Of a stretch of DNA of 64,000 nt, positions 42,940-52,693 are shown one piece after another (positions within the stretch are counted from its first letter, which is position 1; the number at the start of each line of letters is the position of its first letter). The stretch lies in NCBI GenBank assembly GCA_964493715.1, contig CAZBPC010000002.1, forward strand, positions 32,001 through 96,000, written 5' to 3'. Position numbers and translations under genes: made by a program. The stretch is from an uncultured archaeon (GTDB taxonomy: Archaea; Asgardarchaeota; Lokiarchaeia; Sigyniarchaeales; SOKP01). Below the pieces are notes generated by a model that was not told the origin of the DNA, ran no database searches, and saw nothing but the letters and a program-made list of their open reading frames with translations.

Positions 42940-43776
42940 ATGAGCTTAGTTAAGTTTCATAATTTTTATTTTCGGTATAAAGGAAATGAGATCTATGCTT
43001 TAAATGATATTAATTTATCAATTGAAAATGATAAATTTATATTATTGGCTGGAGAAACCGGTTCAGGAAAGACTTCCTTAATACGGTGTATGAATGGGTT
43101 AATTCCTCAATTTTATACAGGGTATTATAAAGGGTGTGTTGAAGTTCAAGGTAGAGAAACGACATCAACATCTATCGCAGCTCTCTCTTCTGAAGTAGGA
43201 GTTGTTTTTCAAAATCCTGAGAATCAGTTAATTACAATGAATGTAGAACATGAACTTGCCTTTGGATTGGAAAATATTGGAATTTCCCCTAAAATCATTA
43301 AAGATAAAATCCAAGAGGTTGTAGAATTAACTGAAATTAAGAATCTTTTATCTAAAGCTCCATTTGAATTAAGTGGTGGAGAACAGCAAAGAGTTGCAAT
43401 TGCTTCTATTTTAATATTAGAACCAAAACTCATCATTCTGGATGAACCGACTGCTAGTTTGGATCCCCTATATGCTCAAAAAATTATTAGCTTATTAAAA
43501 AAAATACAAGAAGAAAAAAAGGTGACCATTATAATTAGTGAACATAGATTAGATTTACTTATATCTTTAATTGATGAGATTATTTTAATGAAAGAAGGAA
43601 GGGTTCTTATTCATGACTCAACAGAAAAGGTATTAGAGAGTGAGGTTTTCGATAATTTGAATATAAATAAACCTATAATTTATTCGATCTTTAATCAATT
43701 AAATGTATACCAAAAATCAATCCCTTTTTCTCTTGATCAAGCATTAAAAAGGTGCGCTCTTAAAAATGGTAAATGA
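42940..43776 (+). CDS. ecfA1: ECF transporter ATPase A1
   Basis: GETGSGKT, FQNPENQ, LSGGEQQR and LDEPT motifs. Confidence 0.9.
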   Translation: MSLVKFHNFYFRYKGNEIYALNDINLSIENDKFILLAGETGSGKTSLIRCMNGLIPQFYTGYYKGCVEVQGRETTSTSIAALSSEVGVVFQNPENQLITMNVEHELAFGLENIGISPKIIKDKIQEVVELTEIKNLLSKAPFELSGGEQQRVAIASILILEPKLIILDEPTASLDPLYAQKIISLLKKIQEEKKVTIIISEHRLDLLISLIDEIILMKEGRVLIHDSTEKVLESEVFDNLNINKPIIYSIFNQLNVYQKSIPFSLDQALKRCALKNGK

Positions 43777-44620
43777 TATTAATTCATTAATACGCTTTCA
43801 AGATGTTAATTTTTCCTACCCCAATGGAACGATAGCATTAAAGGAGATAAATCTTAAAATTAGTAGAGGTGAAAAAATTGCAATTATGGGGCAAAATGGG
43901 GCAGGAAAAACAACTTTAATTCGAATGTTAAATGGATTACTTCGACCTACATCTGGTCGAGTTTTGATTGAAGGAATTGATATCATTAATTCTACAATAG
44001 GTTCATTATCAAAAAAAGTAGGTATTATATTTCAAAATCCTATGCACCAATTATTTTCAAATACTGTAGCAGAAGAAATTAAATTTTCCTTGAAGAGTTT
44101 GGATTTAGGTAAAGAAGAAGTAGAAGAGAAAACTAATACTATTTTAAGGGAGTATGGTTTTGAAAAATATGCGGATCATTCACCAATGAATTTGTCTGGC
44201 GGTGAATCAAAAAAATTAGCGAATGCTTCAATTATGTGCCGTGATCCGGATGTTTTGGTCTTTGATGAACCAACTCTCGGTCAAGATGCTAATGAAATTA
44301 AAATTTTTCTAGATATGCTTGAAAAAGAGGGTAGGAAGAAAAAAACAATAATAATGGTTACTCATAATGTAGAATTTGCATTTGAACATGTTCCACGAGT
44401 AGTTTTAATGACTAACGGAAGAATTCTCGCAGATGGACCTACAACCAGATTATTAACTAATGAAACTCTTGTTCATCGTTCCTCATTAATATTACCTCAA
44501 GTTTTTAGGTTAAAATTAGGGTTGAAAACCCTAGGATTGGAAGTACCCGATAATGTAATAAATCAAGCAGATATGGTAAAATTCCTCTCTAACTATTTTG
44601 AGACGGAAAGTAAGAGGTGA
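43766..44620 (+). CDS. ecfA2: ECF transporter ATPase A2
   Basis: GQNGAGKT, FQNP, LSGGE and DEPTLGQD motifs. Confidence 0.9.
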   Translation: MVNDINSLIRFQDVNFSYPNGTIALKEINLKISRGEKIAIMGQNGAGKTTLIRMLNGLLRPTSGRVLIEGIDIINSTIGSLSKKVGIIFQNPMHQLFSNTVAEEIKFSLKSLDLGKEEVEEKTNTILREYGFEKYADHSPMNLSGGESKKLANASIMCRDPDVLVFDEPTLGQDANEIKIFLDMLEKEGRKKKTIIMVTHNVEFAFEHVPRVVLMTNGRILADGPTTRLLTNETLVHRSSLILPQVFRLKLGLKTLGLEVPDNVINQADMVKFLSNYFETESKR

Positions 44621-44624
44621 AAAA

Positions 44625-45383
44625 TTGTCATTACAATTTTTGAATGCTTTTAGATTTTTAAAGAAGAATACTTTAATACACAACCTTGATCCACGCGCTA
44701 AACTCTTATTTGCTATTATTTATACTTTAAATGCTTTAATGTTTAATGAGATATTACCTTTAATGATATTGTTTATTAGTTTAATACCTCTCATCCTTCT
44801 TGGTAAATTATTCAAATCATGGTTTAAAAGCTTAAAAGGCATGTCCTTTCTCTTTATCATCATTATCCTGTTAAATACCTTATTTATTTCATTGAATTTT
44901 GCAATTGCAATGACCCTTAGAATATCGATAATGCTATCCGCATTCTCTGTTTTTTTTCTAACTGTCGATCCAAATGATTTAGCTTTATCTTTAATATCCA
45001 TGAAAGTTCCATACGAATTTGCCTTCTCATTTTCATTAGCATTTAGATTTGTTCCTACTATTGCAATAGAAGCCCAAAATATTATGGATGCACAACAAAG
45101 TAGGGGGTATGAAATGCAGCAGAAAGGTATAATTAACCAAGTGAAAAATCTATTTCCTCTCTTAGTCCCTCTAATAATAAGCTCTATAAAGAGAGCTTTC
45201 AATGTGGCAGAAGCGTTGGAATCAAGAGCTTTTGGAAGTGAAAAGAAGCGTACGTATTATTTTACGATTAAATACACAGCTAAAGATTGGTTATTCACGT
45301 TGTATTTATTAGCATTAATATCTATACTAATTATCATAAGGATTAATATGCCGATCTGGCTTTATTGGAGTATTCCAGTATGA
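44625..45383 (+). CDS. ecfT: ECF transporter transmembrane subunit T
   Basis: LDPRAK, AFRFVP, AQQSRG and ALESRAF motifs. Confidence 0.92.
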   Translation: MSLQFLNAFRFLKKNTLIHNLDPRAKLLFAIIYTLNALMFNEILPLMILFISLIPLILLGKLFKSWFKSLKGMSFLFIIIILLNTLFISLNFAIAMTLRISIMLSAFSVFFLTVDPNDLALSLISMKVPYEFAFSFSLAFRFVPTIAIEAQNIMDAQQSRGYEMQQKGIINQVKNLFPLLVPLIISSIKRAFNVAEALESRAFGSEKKRTYYFTIKYTAKDWLFTLYLLALISILIIIRINMPIWLYWSIPV

Positions 45384-46036
45384 TTACAAGAGCAATTATA
45401 ATTAGTGAATTCGATTTGAAATATAGTGTTGGTATCTCGAAAATCCAATTGGGATTAAGTTCCTTGAGTTTGGAGGGACTCGTTAAATTGATTGAGGATA
45501 TTCAAAAAGACAAGAAAGGATCTATGATACAATTTTTTAATGAGGAGTTCATTCTAAACTCAGAACACGTGTTTAACGCCGCTTATTTTACAATTAAAGC
45601 GTTTCATAATGGGATAAACATATCTAATCAAAAAAATTTAGAATTTATCCTTTATTTAGCATCAAAAAGACAAATAAAACAATGTTTACAAGATTTTGGA
45701 TTAAAACCTATACACATATCTAACAAAGAACTCACATATTGCATTATATCTTCTTCAACGGAGCTCTCTCTAATAGATGAAGTCATCCTTCAAAAATTAA
45801 ATGCTAAACATTTGCCTCTCGATTTGAATAAAATTAATTATGATAAATTTAAACGTGTTAAAGATTATTTCCAAATATCGGACAATCAAATTTCAGTTGT
45901 CTTAAAAACATATAGTTTGAAATTTCTATCGGAAACACCCTCTAAAGAAGATTTAATTAGTTTATACCAAGTAATAAATGACTTATTATGTGAAAAAATG
46001 GCACTGTTAAGTTTAGAGAAAATAAAGGTTAATTAA
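45380..46036 (+). CDS. cgi121: KEOPS subunit Cgi121
   Basis: IQFFN, LEFILYLASKRQI...FG and EKMALL motifs. Confidence 0.85.
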   Translation: MITRAIIISEFDLKYSVGISKIQLGLSSLSLEGLVKLIEDIQKDKKGSMIQFFNEEFILNSEHVFNAAYFTIKAFHNGINISNQKNLEFILYLASKRQIKQCLQDFGLKPIHISNKELTYCIISSSTELSLIDEVILQKLNAKHLPLDLNKINYDKFKRVKDYFQISDNQISVVLKTYSLKFLSETPSKEDLISLYQVINDLLCEKMALLSLEKIKVN

Positions 46037-46566
46037 ATCTTACAATTCTCTTTAGAAGCTTTAATGATATCATTTACTTGTAAAAATGATATTCCACAAA
46101 AATTTCCTAAAATTTCTATCCTTATTATCTTATCAGGATTGTCCAAATCCACTTTATTGTTAAAAATTTCTGCGATAACCTTAATTAACTGAGTTCTATT
46201 AATAATTTCATTATTCCGTCTTTTCAAATCTATCCGAAAGGACGCATTTTCCTTAAGATATTCTTTATGATGCTTTAGGATAATTTCTTTTATGACATCA
46301 ACATTAGTTTCACATACAAAATCAATTGGAACTATTTTTAAAATATATTGAAAAAAATTTGGATCTGTTTTCAATAATTCTTTAATTTTAGAAATTACCT
46401 CCTCTCTTCTAAGAGCTGTAAATACAGTTAATAAACCTTGAAATTCTAGACTGGAAATAATTGGATAGCGATCTCCACATATTAAAAAAGTAAACCATAA
46501 TTCTGCCTTAGCATTAATCTCATTAAAACGGGAAGTTGATACTAAAAAATTGAAATTATTCGTCAT
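46033..46566 (-). CDS. THUMP domain RNA-binding protein
   Basis: ILKIVPID, SFRIDLKRR and KVDLDNPDKIIRIEI motifs. Confidence 0.9.
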   Translation of the reverse strand: MTNNFNFLVSTSRFNEINAKAELWFTFLICGDRYPIISSLEFQGLLTVFTALRREEVISKIKELLKTDPNFFQYILKIVPIDFVCETNVDVIKEIILKHHKEYLKENASFRIDLKRRNNEIINRTQLIKVIAEIFNNKVDLDNPDKIIRIEILGNFCGISFLQVNDIIKASKENCKI

Positions 46567-46579
46567 GTTCTTTAGATCA

Positions 46580-47248
46580 TTAATATTCTGTTTTTTTCAA
46601 TACATCGAGAACCTCTTCTTCCGAAATTGCACCTATTCTTAGAAATTTCGGTTCTTGGGAAGTACAATCTACAATAGTGGTAGATATTTTAGATTTTGAT
46701 TTACCCCCATCAATAATAAAATCAATTGGACTTAAAAATTTATGGGCAACCTCATCTCCACTAATTGAAGGAGGTTCTCCTGAATAATTCGCTGAGGTTC
46801 CAATGATTCCTCCAAAACTTCCTCTGGCTTTTAACTTTTCCAGTATTTTCATAATTATGTTATTTTCTGGAACTCTAATACCAAGGGTGTTTTGAAATGC
46901 GGAGACCTCTTCTGGAATAATACATGATTCCCTCCTTTTTAATATCAATGTCAATTGTCCCGGCCAATAGTGTTTTACTAAAATTTTTGCCATTTTATTG
47001 AATTGAGCTATTTTAATTGCCTCTTCATAATTAGAAACTAATAATAATAACCCTTTTTTTCGATCTCGAAATTTTATTTCAAAAATCCTTTCAATTACAT
47101 CTTTATTGAGAGGATCACCTCCAATTCCATATACAGAATCAGTTGGAAAAGCGATCAATTTACCCTCAATGATGTTATCTACAGCAACCTCAAGGTATAA
47201 ATCAATTTCATTAAGTGTTTTTTTGTTAAGCTTTATTAGAAAACCCAT
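46580..47248 (-). CDS. sua5: Threonylcarbamoyl-AMP synthase (Sua5/TsaC)
   Basis: AFPTDSVYGI, IFEIKFR, WPGQLT and TSANYSG motifs. Confidence 0.93.
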   Translation of the reverse strand: MGFLIKLNKKTLNEIDLYLEVAVDNIIEGKLIAFPTDSVYGIGGDPLNKDVIERIFEIKFRDRKKGLLLLVSNYEEAIKIAQFNKMAKILVKHYWPGQLTLILKRRESCIIPEEVSAFQNTLGIRVPENNIIMKILEKLKARGSFGGIIGTSANYSGEPPSISGDEVAHKFLSPIDFIIDGGKSKSKISTTIVDCTSQEPKFLRIGAISEEEVLDVLKKTEY

Positions 47249-47306
47249 TAGAACTCTCTTTAATAATAATTTTGTAAAAAAATCTGAAATATAATAATAA
47301 AAAAAT

Positions 47307-48245
47307 TTAGGTAGAATTTTCTTGGCATTTTATTTCATTGGCGATTTTTACCCATTGAAGATCAAGTCTCTCTTGAAGTTCAATTAGAACTTTCTCTGAT
47401 ACTTTAGAAAATCTTTTTTGGCGGGACAAATAATCTATTAATGGCGCTCTTTTTGAAGGATCTAATAATGGTTTACTCTTTTTTGATAAGCTCATAACCC
47501 CATTTTCAATTTCATATAAAATCCAAGATCCTGTCTTAACTGCAAGACGAGGAATTTCTATAGAATCTTCAGAGGGTATTCCCCATCCTGGGGGACAAGA
47601 TGCTAACACATGGATATATTTACATCCTTCAATAGATTTCGCTTTCTTAAATTTCTCGAAAAGATCTAAAGGTTCACTGACAGAACAAGTAGCAACATAG
47701 GGAATTTCATGTGCTGCCATTATTTGCGGAAGATTTTTTTTGTATTGTTCCTTTCCCAAAGTGGTAGTTGTTGTAATTGCACCATGGGGTGTACTTGATG
47801 AACGCTGAATTCCCGTGTTCATATATGCTTCATTATCATAACAACAATATATGATATTTGAATTTCTCTCAGCAGCACCACTTAATCCTTGAATTCCTAT
47901 ATCAGTTGTTCCTCCATCACCTGCAAAAACTAAAGTTGTCATTTTTTCCCACACTTTACCAGGAAACCTATAAGCTTTTGCTTTAAAGGCTGCAGAAACA
48001 CCCGTTGCTGCAGCAGCGCCTGCTGCAAATGCCATATTAATAAATGGGAAGTTTGGAGCTGCTTTAGGCCATAATCCTACAACTACATTTAAACAACTTG
48101 CAGGTGTGACTAAAGATGTATTTGGTCCAAGAGCTTTCATTGCCCATCTTAAAGCAATTTCAAGTCCACAACCAGCACAAGTAGAGTTCCCTGGTAGAAA
48201 AAATTCCTCTTTATAGTTCTCTAAAGCTTCTTTTATTGAAACCAT
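47307..48245 (-). CDS. porB: Pyruvate/2-oxoacid:ferredoxin oxidoreductase beta subunit
   Basis: CAGCG, GDGGT.DIG and DNEAYMNTGIQRS motifs. Confidence 0.9.
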   Translation of the reverse strand: MVSIKEALENYKEEFFLPGNSTCAGCGLEIALRWAMKALGPNTSLVTPASCLNVVVGLWPKAAPNFPFINMAFAAGAAAATGVSAAFKAKAYRFPGKVWEKMTTLVFAGDGGTTDIGIQGLSGAAERNSNIIYCCYDNEAYMNTGIQRSSSTPHGAITTTTTLGKEQYKKNLPQIMAAHEIPYVATCSVSEPLDLFEKFKKAKSIEGCKYIHVLASCPPGWGIPSEDSIEIPRLAVKTGSWILYEIENGVMSLSKKSKPLLDPSKRAPLIDYLSRQKRFSKVSEKVLIELQERLDLQWVKIANEIKCQENST

Positions 48246-48247
48246 TT

Positions 48248-49504
48248 TTATTCTACCTCCAATAAGCCATCCCAGAAAGTTCCATCAATCATCTCCCTTG
48301 GGAGTTCCCCAGTTTCATTCAACTTTATCAACATTTTAAGCTGGTTCTTTTGCTGTTCTAAGCTTACTTCTCTTCCTCCCAAACCCATAATGATTGGCAA
48401 AACTTGTGTAGAGACACCTGAATTATATAATGCCGATTTCACTTCACTACTTAAAGGTCCACCAGTAGGAGAACCAAATGCTGTAGCTCTATCCGCTACC
48501 CCAAGAACTTTGACTTTCCTCGCAATATTTATAACATCTTCTACAGGAAAAGGTCTAAAATAACGTAATTTAACACAACCCACTTTATATCCTTCTTCTC
48601 TTAAATCATCAACTGCTTGTTCCATTTGCATGGCTAATTCTCCATAATTTATTATTGCTACATCAGCATCATTCATTCTATACTCTTGAATCAATCCATT
48701 CCCGTACTGTCTTCCAAAAGTGGTTCCAAATTCGTCCGTAACTTCTTTTATTTTTTCTTTAGCTAATAGCATTGTATGGTGAATTTTCAATCTAAACTCA
48801 TTATAAAAACCAGAAGGCATTATTAAATTTCCATGCATCATTGGTCTTTCTGGATCAAGAAATATATGTGGCCAACCTCTTTCATCTGGAAGTGGTGGTA
48901 AAAATTTATCGACTGCGTCTTGATCTTCTATGGTTACTGGTTTAGATGTGTGAGATAGCGTAAATCCACCATATGCGACGAATTTTGGTAATAAAATATC
49001 GTAATCTTCACTGATCTTATAAGACATTAAAATATCATCATAAATTTCTTGATGATTTGCTGCAAATGAAATCATCCATCCAGTATCTCTGCAACTCATT
49101 ATATCTGTAAAATCTGCCCAAATATTCCAAGGTGGTGCTGGTCCTCGTGAAGCTATTGTTGTTACAATGGGTAAACGAGCACCTGCGGCCCAATGAACCA
49201 TCTCATACATATAAAATAATCCTTGTCCCGAAGTAGCTGTGAAAGTGCGAGTTCCTGCAGTACTTGCACCAATAATTGAAGCCATCACTGAGTGTTCTGA
49301 TTCTACTTTAATATATTCTGTTCCAGGCATCTCACCATTATCCACAAACTCGGATAGTTTTTCTACCACAGTAGTTTGTGGAGTAATTGGATAAGCACTT
49401 ATCACTTGAACACGCGCGGACTTTGCAGCGTATGCTGCTGCCACGTTCCCCTTTATTATTTTGGTTTCTCTTTCTTGCACAAAATCTTCTTGTGTTTCCA
49501 CCAT
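48248..49504 (-). CDS. porA: Pyruvate/2-oxoacid:ferredoxin oxidoreductase alpha subunit
   Basis: AYPITPQT, VESEHS and TATSGQGL motifs. Confidence 0.92.
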   Translation of the reverse strand: MVETQEDFVQERETKIIKGNVAAAYAAKSARVQVISAYPITPQTTVVEKLSEFVDNGEMPGTEYIKVESEHSVMASIIGASTAGTRTFTATSGQGLFYMYEMVHWAAGARLPIVTTIASRGPAPPWNIWADFTDIMSCRDTGWMISFAANHQEIYDDILMSYKISEDYDILLPKFVAYGGFTLSHTSKPVTIEDQDAVDKFLPPLPDERGWPHIFLDPERPMMHGNLIMPSGFYNEFRLKIHHTMLLAKEKIKEVTDEFGTTFGRQYGNGLIQEYRMNDADVAIINYGELAMQMEQAVDDLREEGYKVGCVKLRYFRPFPVEDVINIARKVKVLGVADRATAFGSPTGGPLSSEVKSALYNSGVSTQVLPIIMGLGGREVSLEQQKNQLKMLIKLNETGELPREMIDGTFWDGLLEVE

Positions 49505-49505
49505 A

Positions 49506-49844
49506 TTAATCTTCACTCTCCCTTACCATTTCTATACTTTTAGTTGGGCATTCTTTAGCACATATTCCACATCCCTTACAATATACATAATCGACTTCAA
49601 ATTCTCCTTCTTCATTTCTGATTATAGTAGCTTCGGGGCAATACATCCAGCAAATCCCACATTTTGTACAAGTATCTCTATTAACGACTGGTTTAAACGT
49701 TCTCCAATCTCCTGTCGTACCTATACTGCCTTTAATAGGAAATGATATAGGAATTGGAGGTAATTCTTTCCAGTTATGATATTCTTGTACTTCTGGTCTT
49801 TTATCTTTATCTTCACATATATTTTTCCATTTCACTTTGATCAT
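49506..49844 (-). CDS. porD: Pyruvate/2-oxoacid:ferredoxin oxidoreductase delta subunit
   Basis: TGDWRT.KP and two CxxCxxCxxxCP motifs. Confidence 0.92.
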   Translation of the reverse strand: MIKVKWKNICEDKDKRPEVQEYHNWKELPPIPISFPIKGSIGTTGDWRTFKPVVNRDTCTKCGICWMYCPEATIIRNEEGEFEVDYVYCKGCGICAKECPTKSIEMVRESED

Positions 49845-50419
49845 TCATACTCAACCTCCTTAACACTATTGTATGCTTCAATAGCAACATCCATATTTTT
49901 CTTGCCTCGACTCTCTCCAAATTCTTTATATATAACTTTTTTCATTGTATCGATGTCATAATAACCCGTCATTTTACCAAATGCTCCTAACATGGGAATA
50001 TTTAGTATGGGTCCACTGGAATGCATGAAATTTTGTTTAATACATATACCAGTAGCATCTACTATGAAATATTTGACATTTTCAGGAAAATCACAGGTAT
50101 CAATTGGATTTTTGCTGTTAATAAGTAAAGTAACTCCACTTTTTATAGTGGCCATAATAGCAGGAATATCTAATAATGATGTATCAAAAATTATCATATA
50201 ATCGGGAGTTTTCACGCTATCAAAGGTCTTTATTTGTTTATTCCTCGATAACTTAGAAAATGCTTGAATGGGGGCCCCTCTCCGTTCTGCACCTATTATA
50301 GGGATTGCTATAGCGTCTTTAAATCCTTTTTCATAGGCAAGTTGTGCTAATAATTGGCTCGCGGTAATTGCTGTTTGCCCACCGCGACCATGGAAAGTTA
50401 CCTCTACAATTTTTTCCAT
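49841..50419 (-). CDS. porG: Pyruvate/2-oxoacid:ferredoxin oxidoreductase gamma subunit
   Basis: HGRGGQ, GAERRGAP and NIPMLGA motifs. Confidence 0.92.
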   Translation of the reverse strand: MEKIVEVTFHGRGGQTAITASQLLAQLAYEKGFKDAIAIPIIGAERRGAPIQAFSKLSRNKQIKTFDSVKTPDYMIIFDTSLLDIPAIMATIKSGVTLLINSKNPIDTCDFPENVKYFIVDATGICIKQNFMHSSGPILNIPMLGAFGKMTGYYDIDTMKKVIYKEFGESRGKKNMDVAIEAYNSVKEVEYE

Positions 50420-50638
50420 ATTCGTATCATTCCTCATATTAATCAACACATTTAGAAGAAAAATAATTAACATTCCATTAAAAATTTCTGGAAAAGAATC
50501 ATAAGTATACGTTTTAATAAGAATAAATCATTTGAAATATCTTAGTTGACAATAAATAGTAAATCTCTTCATATTTTAAAGAATTATACATGAGATACAA
50601 TAGAAAAAATCAAGAAATAAACGTTAAAATGTGAGCCA

Positions 50639-51214
50639 ATGTCTGAAAAAGCCAAAGAAATGGAAGAAGAATTTTCATTCAAATGTCCTATTTGTAATAG
50701 TGGAACGATCGAAATAACTAAAACAGTTTATGATATGACTGACGGAGACAAGATGCTAATTGTTAAATTTGAATGCAATAAATGCACGTTTATAAAAAAT
50801 GACGTGGTTCCATTAACAACTAGAATTGAACCCGGAATTATATCATTACAGGTGATGAATGAAAATGATCTCAAATCTAAAGTTTATCGTTCACCAGTTG
50901 GCATATTAGAGATTCCTGAATTAGAAGTGTCAGTGGAACCGGGTCCACGTGCAGACTTTTATTATACAAATATAGAAGGAATCTTGGAGCGATTTCAGAA
51001 AGCAGTGCAAATTTATCGAAATGATCTTGATGAAAATGAAGAAAAACAAGCAGAAATCGATGAAATATTAAATAATATTGATAAAGCTATGAAGGGTGAT
51101 TTTAATTTCACCTTAAAGATAACTGATACGGGTGGAGGTAGCTATATAATTCCTCAAGATGAATCAAAATATTCCTTTCAAAAAATAGATCTTCCTTTAA
51201 CCATGGATGAGTAA
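50639..51214 (+). CDS. ZPR1-type zinc finger protein
   Basis: CPIC..CNKC, LEIPEL, VEPGP, TNIEGILER and D.GG.SYI motifs. Confidence 0.9.
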   Translation: MSEKAKEMEEEFSFKCPICNSGTIEITKTVYDMTDGDKMLIVKFECNKCTFIKNDVVPLTTRIEPGIISLQVMNENDLKSKVYRSPVGILEIPELEVSVEPGPRADFYYTNIEGILERFQKAVQIYRNDLDENEEKQAEIDEILNNIDKAMKGDFNFTLKITDTGGGSYIIPQDESKYSFQKIDLPLTMDE

Positions 51215-51394
51215 AAAAGGAACATCATAATTTATTTGAATAGTTAATACTACTATGAGCTTTATTTTTCTTAAAAAATAAATTGAGATTTATAAAGATA
51301 TAAAGATAAAAAATATTGAATAAATTTAATTTAAAATTAAGATGGTGAATTAACAGAGAAGATTTGAAGGAAATAAAAAAAATAGGAATAGATC

Positions 51395-52609
51395 ATTATA
51401 ACAGATAAAAGTGAATTTAATTGTTCAGATCCTAATCGATCCAAAAGACAAGAAATTAATCCCGGGTTATGTTATTTTGAATATCCTTTAAATAAATCTA
51501 GAAAGGATTTTCTTGACAAAGATGTTAATTTTTTAGAGATAATAGAATCAAAACATTATAATAGATGTTTAACTGACAATATTCAGACTTATCTAAAAAG
51601 TCTTGAGGGTGAAATCAGAATTTTATTCGAACCTTTCATAGAATTTAAGAATATGGGTGCACTTTTTGGGCTTCATAATAATTACATGCCAAATAATAGG
51701 ATGTATAAAAATTGTAAAAAAATTATAGCTAAAAGTACTTTAGATGAAATGCGAGTTAATTTCAAAAAAAATATTGAAAATTACACAAAGAAATTTCCAC
51801 ATTTGGTAGAGTTATTATTATTGTTTCATTCTGAAATTTTGAAATTTATTAATGAATATGAGATAATTCTTCAACCAAAACCTACTCCAGATTATCAAAT
51901 GTTCAATCACCATCCTAATCTTAAAAGAGATTATTTTGAAATAATTGATACATATGAAAAAGCGTACTGGCTTGGATTTCTATTTGCTGATGGATGGATA
52001 GCAATAGAACATAAAAAATCTGGAGATTATTATCGAATGGGGCTCCAATTATCATATAAAGACAAGGATGTGCTTCAGAGGTTTTGTAAAAGTATTGGAT
52101 TAAATCCTAAATATATAAAAAATCGTCTTGTTGGAAGTGATTTTAGCACAAAATTATATCATATAGGTGAAATTAGATGGGGAGATCAAAAAATAGCTCA
52201 AGATCTTGTAAAATTAGGGATAATATATGGATACAGTGAACAAAAAGGAAGGCGCGTTAAAACCCCTAGACTTCCAATACTACAGAACCGAAAACTGATG
52301 TTGGCATTTTTATCAGGTTTCTATGATGGTGATGGCACTCTTGGATTTGATAAGAAGACAGGCAAAATTCGTCCAAGAATTGCCTCTTCTGAAATAGACT
52401 TTTTACATCAAATAAAGCAATATTTCGGAATAAAGTATCAAATTTCTACAACAGAAATGGTTAAATTTAATATAAGAACAGAGAAAATGGTTAATATAAT
52501 AGGTAGTAGACTAGATGTTGATAAAGAAATATTTAAAGAAATGTTAAGTATATTTAAGAATAGTCTTGAAAGAAAGAGAGTTCCAATAGATTTCTTTAAT
52601 GAAAAATAG
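51395..52609 (+). CDS. Free-standing double-motif LAGLIDADG homing endonuclease-like protein (first ATG 51653; frame open from 51392)
   Basis: AYWLGFLFADGWI and AFLSGFYDGDGTL motifs; no intein or host gene around it. Confidence 0.82.
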   Translation: MITDKSEFNCSDPNRSKRQEINPGLCYFEYPLNKSRKDFLDKDVNFLEIIESKHYNRCLTDNIQTYLKSLEGEIRILFEPFIEFKNMGALFGLHNNYMPNNRMYKNCKKIIAKSTLDEMRVNFKKNIENYTKKFPHLVELLLLFHSEILKFINEYEIILQPKPTPDYQMFNHHPNLKRDYFEIIDTYEKAYWLGFLFADGWIAIEHKKSGDYYRMGLQLSYKDKDVLQRFCKSIGLNPKYIKNRLVGSDFSTKLYHIGEIRWGDQKIAQDLVKLGIIYGYSEQKGRRVKTPRLPILQNRKLMLAFLSGFYDGDGTLGFDKKTGKIRPRIASSEIDFLHQIKQYFGIKYQISTTEMVKFNIRTEKMVNIIGSRLDVDKEIFKEMLSIFKNSLERKRVPIDFFNEK

Positions 52610-52693
52610 CAAGTTTTTTTTATAGATTGCTTTCTTATTAAAATTGTAAGTATTTAGGAGAAAAATTTGAATAGAATTAAAAAGGTAGATTTA

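Noticed and set aside
47935-47990. Slightly long loop in PorB (KAKAYRFPGKVWEK) as an in-frame intron
   Set aside because: No convincing BHB, no stop or frameshift; probably a variable loop
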